64,000 nt of DNA, taken from assembly GCA_023266335.1 (NCBI GenBank), contig JAHFQJ010000001.1:17364-81363 (forward strand), written 5' to 3'. Within the stretch, counting starts at the first letter, position 1; each line of letters begins with the position of its first letter. The translations under genes and the position numbers were made by a program. This document shows, in pieces, positions 11,430 through 20,799 of this stretch. A model generated the notes under the pieces. The model searched no databases. It worked only from the letters and a program-made list of their open reading frames with translations, and was not told the DNA's origin. The DNA comes from Burkholderiaceae bacterium. Lineage in GTDB: Bacteria > Pseudomonadota > Gammaproteobacteria > Burkholderiales > Burkholderiaceae.

Positions 11430-11623
11430 AACCCAACTTTTTTAATATGTTTTTATGCCCAATCAGTTTGATAAGCCTAGCTAGTCTTATTATATTCTTT
11501 ATTATGCACGATTGTAAGAGGGGAATTTATTTAGATATTATAAAAAATAATCCCCCAAAATAAATAATTTGTTAAATATCCTCAATTTCTGATAGAATCA
11601 TACTTATTAAACGTCCCGAATAT

Positions 11624-11893
11624 ATGAATATATTTATATTGATGATAGCCTCTGTATTATTATCTAATTTACCTTTCATAATTAATCTTTCTGTGTTTAA
11701 TACAATAAAAGCAGCAAGAGTTTTTATATGGTTAATATTTTATATTCTGTTATTATTTTTAAGCTTTATGCTTGAAAAACAAGAGTATGGTAATTTATAT
11801 AAAAAAGAATGGGATTTTTACGCAATTACTTTTTGTATATATATAATTTTGGGTTATCCAAGTATTATATGGCAATATCTATATAAAAAATAA
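11624..11893 (+). CDS. small hypothetical membrane protein
   Basis: 89-aa ORF with about three hydrophobic segments, 15 bp upstream of skp on the same strand. Confidence 0.45.
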   Translation: MNIFILMIASVLLSNLPFIINLSVFNTIKAARVFIWLIFYILLLFLSFMLEKQEYGNLYKKEWDFYAITFCIYIILGYPSIIWQYLYKK

Positions 11894-11908
11894 AGGAATA
11901 TTGATACT

Positions 11909-12409
11909 ATGAACTTAAACTTAAAAAAAATATCTATTTTTTGTGCAATGTTTTTATCATTAAGTTATGCTAATGCGCAAAGCTTAAAAATAGGTGTAAT
12001 TGATGCTGATAAAATTATGCAGGAGGCAAAAATTTCTAAAGCTGCCCAAGCTAAAATTCAGAAAGAAGTTACTAAAAGAGAAGAAGATTTAAAAGCAATT
12101 TCAGCTAAAGGTCAAGCTTTATTAGATAAATTTCAAAAAGATTTAGCTAAATTATCTGATACAGATAAGCAAAAGCGTAAACAAGAATTAGATACACTTG
12201 ATGATGGTTTTAAAGCTAAGCAGGCACAATATGAAGAAGAAATAGCAAAAATTAAAAGCACTGAATTATCAAGTGTAATTTCTAATACTAATGCTGTAAT
12301 CAAAACTGTGGCTGCTCAAGAAAAATTTGATTTAATTTTACAAGACGCAATCTATGTTGCTCCAAATATAGATATTACAGATAAAGTGCTAAAAATTTTA
12401 AATCAGTAA
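11909..12409 (+). CDS. skp: periplasmic chaperone Skp (OmpH)
   Basis: 166 aa with a signal peptide (…LSYANA/QS) and K/E/Q-rich coiled coil (IGVIDADKIMQEAKISKAAQAKIQKE). Sits directly upstream of lpxD. Confidence 0.85.
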   Translation: MNLNLKKISIFCAMFLSLSYANAQSLKIGVIDADKIMQEAKISKAAQAKIQKEVTKREEDLKAISAKGQALLDKFQKDLAKLSDTDKQKRKQELDTLDDGFKAKQAQYEEEIAKIKSTELSSVISNTNAVIKTVAAQEKFDLILQDAIYVAPNIDITDKVLKILNQ

Positions 12410-12476
12410 TATTAATTTATTAATTATGGATTAATTTGATTGATTAGTTTTATTTAATTGGATTGTAAATAATTAT

Positions 12477-13553
12477 ATGCCGGTATCACTAGAAAATTTA
12501 GCTAGCCGCTGCAATAGCACAGTGTATGGCGATGCACAGCTTTTAATCAGCGGAGTTTCTTCTTTAGAAGAGGCTTTAGGCAATGAAATCAGCTTTATCA
12601 GCAACCGCAAATATTTATCAAAACTTGAGCATACTAATGCAGGGGCGATCATTATGTCGGCTCTTGAGCTTGAGTATTTCTTATCCAGCTACCCGAATAA
12701 AGCTTTAAATGCAATTATTAGCACTAATCCATATGCAGATTTTGCACGCATATCTCAGTATTTTTTTGAAAAAAATAATTGCATAGATAAAATATATGGT
12801 CAAAATATTCATGCCTGCACTAATATCAGCAAAGATGTTATGTTGCCGGAAAATATTAATATTAGTTCTTTTGTTACCGTTGAGGCAGGTGCTGTTTTAG
12901 GCAATAACGTCAGCATTGGTGCGGGGTGTTATATTGGTAAAGATGTGATTATTGGAGATAATACATTTCTATGCCCAAATGTGACTATATATCATGGTTG
13001 CCACATAGGTAAAAATAATATTATTCACAGCGGTGTAGTAATTGGCAGCGATGGCTTTGGATTTGCCCCAGACTTACACATACAAAATCCGGAATGGGTA
13101 AAAATACCGCAGATGGGTATTGTTATTATACATGATGATGTAGAAATCGGTGCTAATACCACAGTAGATCGGGCAACTTTTGGAAAAACTATTATCGGCA
13201 AAGGCTGTAAAATAGATAACCAAGTTCAAATAGCACATAATGTATTGATTGGAGATTATTGCGTAATCGCAGGATGTACTGGAATTGCCGGAAGTACAAA
13301 AATAGGCAAATTTTGTATGTTGGGCGGCGGCAGTCAAATTTCAGGTCATATAGAACTTGCTGATGGAACAATTGTTTCAGGCGGAACAGCAGTTACAAGT
13401 TCTACAGATAAAGGTGATAGAATTACCGGAGTTTTTCCGGCTATGCCGCATAAAGAATGGGAAAAAAATGCCGCTATTATTAGGCAGATACAAAATTTAA
13501 GAAAGCAAATAAAGGCACTAGAAAAAGAATTTTCTAAAATGAAAAGGCATTAA
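12477..13553 (+). CDS. lpxD: UDP-3-O-acylglucosamine N-acyltransferase
   Basis: 358 aa. LpxD-type N-terminal domain ([13 protein letters not shown]) followed by a long left-handed beta-helix hexapeptide region. Conserved skp-lpxD position. Confidence 0.9.
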   Translation: MPVSLENLASRCNSTVYGDAQLLISGVSSLEEALGNEISFISNRKYLSKLEHTNAGAIIMSALELEYFLSSYPNKALNAIISTNPYADFARISQYFFEKNNCIDKIYGQNIHACTNISKDVMLPENINISSFVTVEAGAVLGNNVSIGAGCYIGKDVIIGDNTFLCPNVTIYHGCHIGKNNIIHSGVVIGSDGFGFAPDLHIQNPEWVKIPQMGIVIIHDDVEIGANTTVDRATFGKTIIGKGCKIDNQVQIAHNVLIGDYCVIAGCTGIAGSTKIGKFCMLGGGSQISGHIELADGTIVSGGTAVTSSTDKGDRITGVFPAMPHKEWEKNAAIIRQIQNLRKQIKALEKEFSKMKRH

Positions 13554-13726
13554 TAGAAATAAATTATTACAAAACATAATTATAAGCATTTTCCTCTTGA
13601 GCCTTCAGGTATTAAAATTCAAACCAGATAATATCAGATATAAAATTAAAATCTGTTGGCAATAATTCAATTTTAACCAGCAAAGCAATTCAAATAAATA
13701 TAGCCAAGAAGAATACTATATCAGAT

Positions 13727-14632
13727 TTAGACTGCAAATTTCGGATAACCCTGCCCGCCGGAATAAGCAATTTTATGCGCTCCCATTTTATTGCCTATAC
13801 GAATTGCCTCTTGGATAGGTAAATTATTCTCAAGTCCGTAAATAAAGCCGGCTCTAAATGCATCGCCGCATCCGGTCGGGTCTGTAATTCGGTCAGCTTT
13901 AACACCTTGTATAATAATGCCGTTTGGAAATTCTTTATTATATAAGCATGCGCCTTTATCTGCGAGAGTTACAATAAATGCTTCTAAATTCTGTATAAAT
14001 TCTTGAATATTATATGCGGTTTTATCTAATAACATATCACATTCATATTCATTTACAATCACATATTTACTATAACTAATTGACTGTAACAATTCTTCCT
14101 TACTAAATAAAGGCATAGCTTGACCTGCATCAAAAATTACATTAATTCCGGCATTGGCTAAATCTTTAACATGCTCAACCATACCGTCTTTACCGTCAGG
14201 CGATACAATTGCAATCTTGTATTCAGATAAATTTTTAATGTCTGTAATTTTATTTAAATGAGAAAATGCCATAGCTCCGGGATAGAATGTATTGATTTGA
14301 TTTTGCTTAGAATCATTAATAATCATTAACTGCACTGTGAACATATCAGGTAAAATTTTTATATATTCTGCACTAATATCAAGTGCCTCTAAATATTGTA
14401 AATAATCATTTGCGTCAACTCCCATAGCGGCAAAAATTTTAGGGTTACCGCCTAGCAATTTTAACCCGTATGCAACGTTTCCTGCACAGCCTCCAAAATG
14501 ACGGTTAAGACTGCTGGCTAAAAATGAAGCATTTAATGTCCCGCTGTAATTACCTAAATTTGCATCTTTAAATTCACCTTGATATTCAAAAATACAGTCA
14601 TATGCCATAGAACCGCAGATTAGTACAGACAT
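13727..14632 (-). CDS. PfkB-family carbohydrate/nucleoside kinase
   Basis: 301 aa with a GG motif (FGGCAGNVAYGL) and C-terminal PfkB signature DPTGCGDAFRAGFIYG. Substrate is not assignable. Confidence 0.8.
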   Translation of the reverse strand: MSVLICGSMAYDCIFEYQGEFKDANLGNYSGTLNASFLASSLNRHFGGCAGNVAYGLKLLGGNPKIFAAMGVDANDYLQYLEALDISAEYIKILPDMFTVQLMIINDSKQNQINTFYPGAMAFSHLNKITDIKNLSEYKIAIVSPDGKDGMVEHVKDLANAGINVIFDAGQAMPLFSKEELLQSISYSKYVIVNEYECDMLLDKTAYNIQEFIQNLEAFIVTLADKGACLYNKEFPNGIIIQGVKADRITDPTGCGDAFRAGFIYGLENNLPIQEAIRIGNKMGAHKIAYSGGQGYPKFAV

Positions 14633-14858
14633 TTTTAACCTTTAAAATATAAACCATTAAGTTTAATTGAATTTTTATAAAAGTGCTATGATTGTGAATA
14701 TATTTTACATAGGCTAGGTTGGCTAGTTTTAGCATTATTTCTACCAATTTCCATAATTTTTATAAAATGATCGATATTCACATTTGCTTTAAATTAACAT
14801 AGTTAATCCGAGACATTGCAGCCCTTATCCAAATAAAGTATAATCTCAGTTAAATAGT

Positions 14859-14935
14859 AGGCTTATAGCTCAGCTGGTTAGAGCATCACCTTGACATGGT
14901 GGGGGTCGTTGGTTCGAATCCAATTAAGCCTACCA
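14859..14935 (+). tRNA. tRNA-Val (anticodon GAC)
   Basis: AGGCTTATAGCTCAGCTGGTTAGAGCATCACCTTGACATGGTGGGGGTCGTTGGTTCGAATCCAATTAAGCCTACCA folds as a cloverleaf. Acceptor pairs AGGCTTA/TAAGCCT, anticodon loop is TTGACAT, T-loop is GGTTCGAATCC, and CCA is encoded. Confidence 0.93.
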
Positions 14936-14979
14936 TTTAATTTTGTTAATATTTTATTTTAAATTTTTGGAGTGAGTTT

Positions 14980-15346
14980 ATGGATATCCCACTGTCTATA
15001 GGAAAAACTTTACATACGTCAGATGTTAAAATTGCACTTTTAATTCACCAAGGACAATATAAAGAGGCAAAGAATAAAATAGATAGTCTTGTTAATTTAA
15101 CAGAAGCTGTAACTTGCCCTTGTAGAGCTTTTTAGTCATTGCAAGCATTGCGATTATTCTATGTTAGAACCTCTTTTTCAAGGTCTTGTGCAAAAGGGTG
15201 CAAAAGTTGACAGTGCTGTGAGATGTCCAGACAAATCAGAAAAAGGAAAAATTCTTGTTGGCTGTCCTCTTTCTTTTTTTTCAGAGGAAGGGTTAAAAAG
15301 CCTTACAGTAGATGAAATAAAAGCCAGACTAGTGGGTGAAGAATAA
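14980..15346 (+). pseudogene. possible frameshifted small gene (ankyrin-like helix-loop fragment?)
   Basis: ATG 14980 sits behind a GGAG and opens a 51-codon frame that stops at 15133-15135. An overlapping frame (open from about 15113) continues ...LFSHCKHCDYSMLEPLFQGLVQKGAKVD... to 15346. Together they read like one gene broken by a frameshift. Confidence 0.3.
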
Positions 15347-15446
15347 TATTCATATGTATGCTGTTACTTTTATAAATATCAAATATCTTGTACAATTAAA
15401 TAAATATCAATATACTCTTGAGTTTATATAATCTATAAATATCTTA

Positions 15447-15578
15447 TATACCAATCGGATTTCAATTCGCGAACTTCGCTTCGTTGTAGTCAAAATTATA
15501 CCTCAATGTATTAACATGTACATAGTCGTCGTAATTTATTCCTGTTGCCTTGCCGCACAATGAACTACGATTAGTATG
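15447..15578 (+). repeat. MITE-like dispersed repeat, family A (longest copy)
   Basis: tataccaatcggatttcaattcgcgaacttcgc...gtcaaaatt...tttattcctgttgccttgccgcacaatgaactacgattagtatg. Has terminal inverted repeats of the TATACTAATTG type. It ends 17 bp before the thrS start. Confidence 0.75.
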
Positions 15579-15595
15579 TACTTCTAAGGTTTTTA

Positions 15596-17503
15596 ATGTT
15601 TAATATTATTTTTCCTGACGGCTCACTAAAGCCGTTTCAGCAGCCTGTAACTATTCTAGAACTAGCCCAAAGCATTAGCTCATCTTTAGCAAAAGCAACT
15701 ATAGCAGGAGAGGTGAACGGTAATTTAGTAGATGCTTCATATGTTATAACCAATGATAGCAAAGTAAAAATTATTACAGATAAAGATGTGCAAGGCTTAG
15801 ATATTATCCGCCATTCAACAGCTCACTTGTTGGCATATGCAGTTAAACGTCTTTATCCGGACGCACAAGTAACAATAGGTCCAGCCATTGATAATGGGTT
15901 TTATTATGATTTTTCATATAAGCAAGGCTTTACCCCCGAGGATTTAGTAAAAATTGAAGCAGAAATGCACAAAATTGCCAGTGAAAATCATGAAGTAACC
16001 AGAGAAGAGTGGGATAGAGATGAAGCTATAGCCTATTTTTATAGTATAGGTGAAAAATACAAAGCGGAAATTATCGCCAGCATTCCAAGCGGTGAAAAAA
16101 TAAGTTTATACCGCGAAGGGGAATTTATAGATTTATGCAGAGGTCCTCACGTGCATAATACCAATAAGCTGAAAGTTTTCAAATTAATGAAAGTTGCGGG
16201 AGCATATTGGAGGGGGGACTCTAAAAATGAAATGCTTCAGCGTATTTATGGAACAGCATGGATAAAGCAGGCGGATCAGGATAATTATTTAAATATGCTG
16301 GCAGAGGCTGAAAAAAGAGACCATAGAAAATTGGGCAAACAGCTGGATTTATTTCATTTCCAAGACGAAGCACCTGGTTTAATTTTTTGGCATCCTAAAG
16401 GATGGATTATTTGGCAGGCAGTTGAGCAATATATGAGGCAAATTTATAAAGATAATGGCTATCAAGAAGTTAAAGCACCTCAAATTTTGGATAGAACATT
16501 ATGGGAAAAAAGCGGGCATTGGGATAATTATAAAGATAATATGTTTACTACAGAATCTGAAAACCGCAATTATGCATTAAAACCGATGAATTGCCCAGGT
16601 CATGTACAGATTTATAATGCCGGTTTGCATAGTTATAGAGAATTACCGATTAGATATGGCGAGTTTGGGCAGTGCCACCGCAATGAAAGCAGCGGTGCAT
16701 TACATGGATTAATGCGTGTAAGAGGGTTTACTCAAGATGACGGGCATATTTTCTGTATAGAAGAACAAATTCAGCAAGAGGTGAAAACATTTAATCTGCT
16801 GGTACAGAAGGTATATAAAAATTTTGGTTTTGAGCAAGTGCAAGTTAAATTAGCACTGCGCCCTGAAAAACGTGTAGGTAGTGATGACTTATGGGATAAA
16901 GCAGAAAATGCATTACATTTGGCATTGCAGTCTACAGATACAGAATATGAAATTTTAGAGGGGGAAGGGGCTTTTTATGGTCCTAAAATCGAATTCCATA
17001 TTAAAGATGCGATAGGTCGCTCGTGGCAATGCGGCACAATGCAAGTGGATTTTTCTATGCCGATCCGTTTAGGTGCTGAATATGCATCTGAAAATAATGA
17101 TAGAAAAATTCCTGTAATGCTGCATAGAGCAATTTTAGGTTCTATGGAGCGTTTTATTGGTATTTTGATTGAAAATCATGCTGGTAACTTGCCTTTATGG
17201 TTAAGTCCGCAGCAAATAGCATTATGCAGCATTTCTGATGCACATGCTGAATATGCAGAGCAAGTACAGCATAAATTACAAAAGCTTGGTATTAGAGTGA
17301 AATTAGATACACGCAATGAAAAAATAAATTATAAAATCCGTGAGCATACTAGTGCTAAAATTCCATATATCGCAGTAATTGGCGATCAAGAAGTACAAAA
17401 TAATACATTAAGCATTAGACAGCGGGGAAATATTAATTTAGGCAGTATTGAAATTGATGAATTTATTCAAACGCTTGTGAGCCAAGTTGAAAGTAAGGAA
17501 TAA
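15596..17503 (+). CDS. thrS: threonine--tRNA ligase
   Basis: 635 aa. N-terminal TGS domain, editing-domain [11 protein letters not shown], and class II core [41 protein letters not shown]. Confidence 0.95.
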   Translation: MFNIIFPDGSLKPFQQPVTILELAQSISSSLAKATIAGEVNGNLVDASYVITNDSKVKIITDKDVQGLDIIRHSTAHLLAYAVKRLYPDAQVTIGPAIDNGFYYDFSYKQGFTPEDLVKIEAEMHKIASENHEVTREEWDRDEAIAYFYSIGEKYKAEIIASIPSGEKISLYREGEFIDLCRGPHVHNTNKLKVFKLMKVAGAYWRGDSKNEMLQRIYGTAWIKQADQDNYLNMLAEAEKRDHRKLGKQLDLFHFQDEAPGLIFWHPKGWIIWQAVEQYMRQIYKDNGYQEVKAPQILDRTLWEKSGHWDNYKDNMFTTESENRNYALKPMNCPGHVQIYNAGLHSYRELPIRYGEFGQCHRNESSGALHGLMRVRGFTQDDGHIFCIEEQIQQEVKTFNLLVQKVYKNFGFEQVQVKLALRPEKRVGSDDLWDKAENALHLALQSTDTEYEILEGEGAFYGPKIEFHIKDAIGRSWQCGTMQVDFSMPIRLGAEYASENNDRKIPVMLHRAILGSMERFIGILIENHAGNLPLWLSPQQIALCSISDAHAEYAEQVQHKLQKLGIRVKLDTRNEKINYKIREHTSAKIPYIAVIGDQEVQNNTLSIRQRGNINLGSIEIDEFIQTLVSQVESKE

Positions 17504-18100
17504 AAATAAGATAAGGGAGCATTGTTACTTTTAATATCTGGCTTCCTTTTGATGCTTAATAGCTAAAATGATAACCTCATCATTTATTTCATATTATTTG
17601 TTATAAAACTATGTAGTTGCTGTTGCCGAACTTAATGAACAGTTCTCTTAATGCTGTATTATCCTCTGGTTCTCTGCCGATTAATGGTGCTGTAGAGGAT
17701 TAGCACTGTTTCCGGATACATTTTTAAGAAAATTATATAGCTTTTCAATATATTGTACAGATGTCAGATAATTTTACTGGAATATTGGTACTTATTCCTC
17801 TATATTATTTTCGATGTCATCAGTCCAATTTTCAAATTCGTTTAAACTAACATGCAAGCTGGTTTCTTCAAAATATTTTGCTGATTTTTCCGCACTTATA
17901 ATAAAATTCATTTTAGCTTATTCACGTTCTATATATTAGTAAAAAAATTGGTTATTGAGATTAACTAAAACAAACTATGTTTACACTGCTTAGAAACAGT
18001 GATAGTAAAATTAAAGATACAGCTTAACTAAGTGCCTTATCCTGAATTGGCTAATATATATAAAAATATTGTTTTATATGCTAATATTTAGTACAATAAA

Positions 18101-18137
18101 TATAAACATATTATAATCGTATTAAAATATGTTTATA
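18101..18137 (+). promoter_or_regulatory. putative TA operator/promoter: perfect 11-bp inverted repeat bracketing a TATAAT box
   Basis: tataaacatat (18101-18111) and atatgtttata (18127-18137) are exact reverse complements. The 15-nt spacer starts with tataat. An AAGGA Shine-Dalgarno and ATG 18152 follow. Confidence 0.5.
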
Positions 18138-18151
18138 AATTAAGGAATGTC

Positions 18152-18418
18152 ATGTCTGCACAAAGAATTTATGCTGAACAAGTTGTCGGAATTACCGAAC
18201 TTAAGCGCCAAGATACTAGCTTTATAGAAAATTTAAAAGAAATAACTGCTGTATTAAAGCGTGATAGTGTAAAAGCTTATTTAGTACCTCCATCAATTAT
18301 GGAAAAATTAATGGAAGCATTAGATGAAATATCTTTAACTAAAACAGTTAACCAAAGATTAAAAGATTTACATGAAGGGAAAACTACAACAGTTAAGGTA
18401 AGTATTAATGACTTATGA
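18152..18418 (+). CDS. type II antitoxin, Phd/YefM (StbD-like) family
   Basis: 88 aa. Overlaps the downstream RelE-like ORF by 11 nt. N-terminal pattern ...VVGITELKRQ...AVLKRDSVKAYLVPPSIMEKLMEALDE is typical of YefM/Phd-fold antitoxins. Confidence 0.7.
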   Translation: MSAQRIYAEQVVGITELKRQDTSFIENLKEITAVLKRDSVKAYLVPPSIMEKLMEALDEISLTKTVNQRLKDLHEGKTTTVKVSINDL

Positions 18419-18707
18419 ATTAGAATTTATTAGAGAAGCTAAAAAAGAATGGGATAAATTGGATAATTCAGTTAAGAAATCTTTCAAAAAAGTATTAGAA
18501 CGCAGATTACTTGAGCCTATAGTTTTAAAAGATAGATTATCTAATACTGGTAATGATGAATGTTATAAAATTAAACTAAAGTCTTTGGGTTTTAGATTAG
18601 TTTATAAGGTTGAAAAAGATAAATTAATTTTATTAGTTATAAGTGTAGGAAAACGAGAAAATGATACTGTTTATGATGACATAAGCGAGCGATTAGAAAA
18701 TTTATAA
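18408..18707 (+). CDS. type II toxin, RelE/ParE (StbE-like) family
   Basis: 99 aa. MTYELEFIREAKKEWDKLDNSVKKSFKKVLERRL...YKIKLKSLGFRLVYKVEKDKLILLVISVGKRE matches the RelE/StbE pattern. Confidence 0.8.
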   Translation: MTYELEFIREAKKEWDKLDNSVKKSFKKVLERRLLEPIVLKDRLSNTGNDECYKIKLKSLGFRLVYKVEKDKLILLVISVGKRENDTVYDDISERLENL

Positions 18708-18739
18708 TGCTTCAATTTATACTACATTAATAATATTAG

Positions 18740-19237
18740 ATGAAAGAAAATATGCCATTTTACTTAGATTGGAATTTTTGGACTGTAATAATTGTTTTTA
18801 TGGCTGTAATACTGTCTCAAATCCCACCATTACATATTTTATTTAGAAAAGTAAAAATTGATTGTGATATTCATTCAAAAATATTTATACATCATAAAGT
18901 AGGTAATCATAATCTTCAAATACATACTATTATCAATAATATAGGGAATGGAAGTGTTAAAATCAAAAATATTAATGCTACAATAATTCGAGATAATAAG
19001 AAAATTGTAATTCTACCTGTACAAAGCTTTTTGATGAATCAATTTGATGCAAATCCAGTGTTATTTACTCCATTCTTATTAAAACCCAATGATGAATGGA
19101 GCAATACTATTAATTTATTAAATTATTTTAATGGAAAAGATGAGCTAAAAGAAATTTCTAAACACTATAAATTTGGTGATGGTATTTTTTTAAACATGGA
19201 AAAGCACGGACTTATTTTAGAACTAAAAGAAATTTAA
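18740..19237 (+). CDS. hypothetical single-pass membrane protein
   Basis: 165-aa ORF 32 bp downstream of the toxin on the same strand. N-terminal TM (WNFWTVIIVFMAVILSQI) followed by a beta-rich domain with no recognisable family. Confidence 0.5.
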   Translation: MKENMPFYLDWNFWTVIIVFMAVILSQIPPLHILFRKVKIDCDIHSKIFIHHKVGNHNLQIHTIINNIGNGSVKIKNINATIIRDNKKIVILPVQSFLMNQFDANPVLFTPFLLKPNDEWSNTINLLNYFNGKDELKEISKHYKFGDGIFLNMEKHGLILELKEI

Positions 19238-19239
19238 TT

Positions 19240-19575
19240 TAAAATCCTATCCATCATGGTTTTACTCAAAAAGTAAGGTGCTTGCTTACCAAAAATAGGC
19301 TTAATACCATTCACAAAAATTAGCATATTGCCTGTATCAATAACTTTATTGCTATTATTCTATCCTTAACCAAACCTTGCATACTTAAAAATTCATCTGT
19401 AGTCATAAGCGGGCGTTTTATTTCATCTATATAGCTGGAATATCCAGTATTAATAATGCTAGCTGACGATACATGTTCTTTAAATAACACTCAAAAGATT
19501 TACTGTGGTTAGTTTGTTGAGCTAAATTATTTATTCTTGCTTCTAATTCAGGTTCTAAGCGAATTGAAATAGTCA
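19240..19575 (-). pseudogene. decayed remnants: ribbon-helix-helix antitoxin-like N-terminus plus a VirD4/TraG-type coupling-protein C-terminal-like fragment
   Basis: My own minus-strand translation from ATG 19575 gives MTISIRLEPELEARINNLAQQTNHSKSF..., then a premature stop. Other frames read ...IKRPLMTTDEFLSMQGLVKD... and ...NMLIFVNGIKPIFGKQAPYFLSKTMMDRILN*. These resemble the RPLLTPDE...PI.GKK..YY tail of T4SS coupling proteins. No intact ORF is present. Confidence 0.35.
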
Positions 19576-19659
19576 TAATATTCACTTATATTACAGGTAT
19601 GAATATTAAGAAGTTTAATATTTTTATGAATTTTACAAATATCCTTTAATTAAAATCTG

Positions 19660-20517
19660 CTATAGTTTGTCTATTTCTTCCTTAGGTAATCCTGAGTATT
19701 TAACAATATTTTCTATACTTAACCCATCTAATTTCATTAATTTGGCAATTTCCAGCTTAGCGCTCTGTTTCGTGGTATAGATTTCTTTATCAATAACCAT
19801 TTGATATTCAGCCTGCACCGATAATTCATGCCTCAATTTCTTATCTAATAATGCATAATTTAATCTATTTATTACAATTAAATCATCATCGGCAATCGTG
19901 AGTTCATCAACTGGGACATCTAATGAAAATTTATTTTCTGTCATATAACTTTGATTAAATACAGCAAGTAATCTGTCTACTCTGTTTTGCATTTTACGGG
20001 TTAATTTTGTAGTATCAATAAAAATACTTTCGTGATGTAGTTTACGCATAAAAACATCATCGTCTGTATTCGCGTTTAATAGTTCCTGCGTGCCTGCATC
20101 GATTAATTGTGTACTTGTTTTTACTACTGCTACTGGGATATTTAATTTAAAACCCAGTATGTAAATTGATATTATTTCTTCATGTTGTATATTTTTTGGT
20201 AAATTATCAGTATCGTAATATGATTTTGCCAAATAACGCCTAAACCGGCTAATATCAGTTAAGGTATGGCTTTTCTGCAGTTCTATCAGCACCTTTCTTT
20301 TAGTACCGTTTTTTTCAGTTATAGTGGCATGAAAATCCATTCTCTGCGATGAAAATCCTGTTTCACTATTTGCATTTATTAATGCGTCTTCCGTTGCTTC
20401 AAATCCTTCTACTTCAATATTTCTGTTTAAAATTACACTGATAAAATGTCTTGCTACAGTTAAATCCTGCATCAAAAATTTAAATGCGCTGTCAAATAAT
20501 GGATTAGCTATTAACAT
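19660..20517 (-). CDS. PD-(D/E)XK nuclease family / Rpn-type recombination-promoting nuclease (putative transposase)
   Basis: 285 aa. N-terminal NPLFDSAFKFLMQD and MDFHATI...RKVLIELQK (D...ExK core) are typical of this family. Confidence 0.65.
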   Translation of the reverse strand: MLIANPLFDSAFKFLMQDLTVARHFISVILNRNIEVEGFEATEDALINANSETGFSSQRMDFHATITEKNGTKRKVLIELQKSHTLTDISRFRRYLAKSYYDTDNLPKNIQHEEIISIYILGFKLNIPVAVVKTSTQLIDAGTQELLNANTDDDVFMRKLHHESIFIDTTKLTRKMQNRVDRLLAVFNQSYMTENKFSLDVPVDELTIADDDLIVINRLNYALLDKKLRHELSVQAEYQMVIDKEIYTTKQSAKLEIAKLMKLDGLSIENIVKYSGLPKEEIDKL

Positions 20518-20799
20518 TCTTATTCCTTTTTTAAATCATTTCATAATGTAAAAATAGGGATTGTATAAATAAATTTATTTAATAATTTTACTCAAAAAAA
20601 AGAAGGCAAATTATCATATAATGAATTAAAAGGCTTAGTATAAGATTTAGTTTTGCGTATTAATCCGGAACAATATCCTACTAAGCTGTGAATTTGTGCT
20701 TTCAGCCAAATTAGTCATGCATTCTTTCTGCACAATGTTTCTTTTCCGGTAATATTTTTTGTAAACCACATTTTTATATTCGTATTTACCTGATTATAT

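Noticed and set aside
14911-14935. Shared aatccaatta between the tRNA-Val 3' end and the family A repeat terminus (possible tRNA-derived element or att site)
   Set aside because: This is only about a 10-nt match in AT-rich DNA with no extended similarity. Chance is the simplest explanation.
17504-17700. Hidden infC with an atypical (ATT/ATA) start right after thrS
   Set aside because: I translated all three forward frames. Stops occur within a few codons and nothing resembles the IF3 N-terminus.
20518-20799. hisF remnant downstream of hisA
   Set aside because: Minus-strand frames give only short peptides (e.g. MWFTKNITGKETLCRKNA*) with no resemblance to the HisF N-terminus (…RIIPCLDV…).
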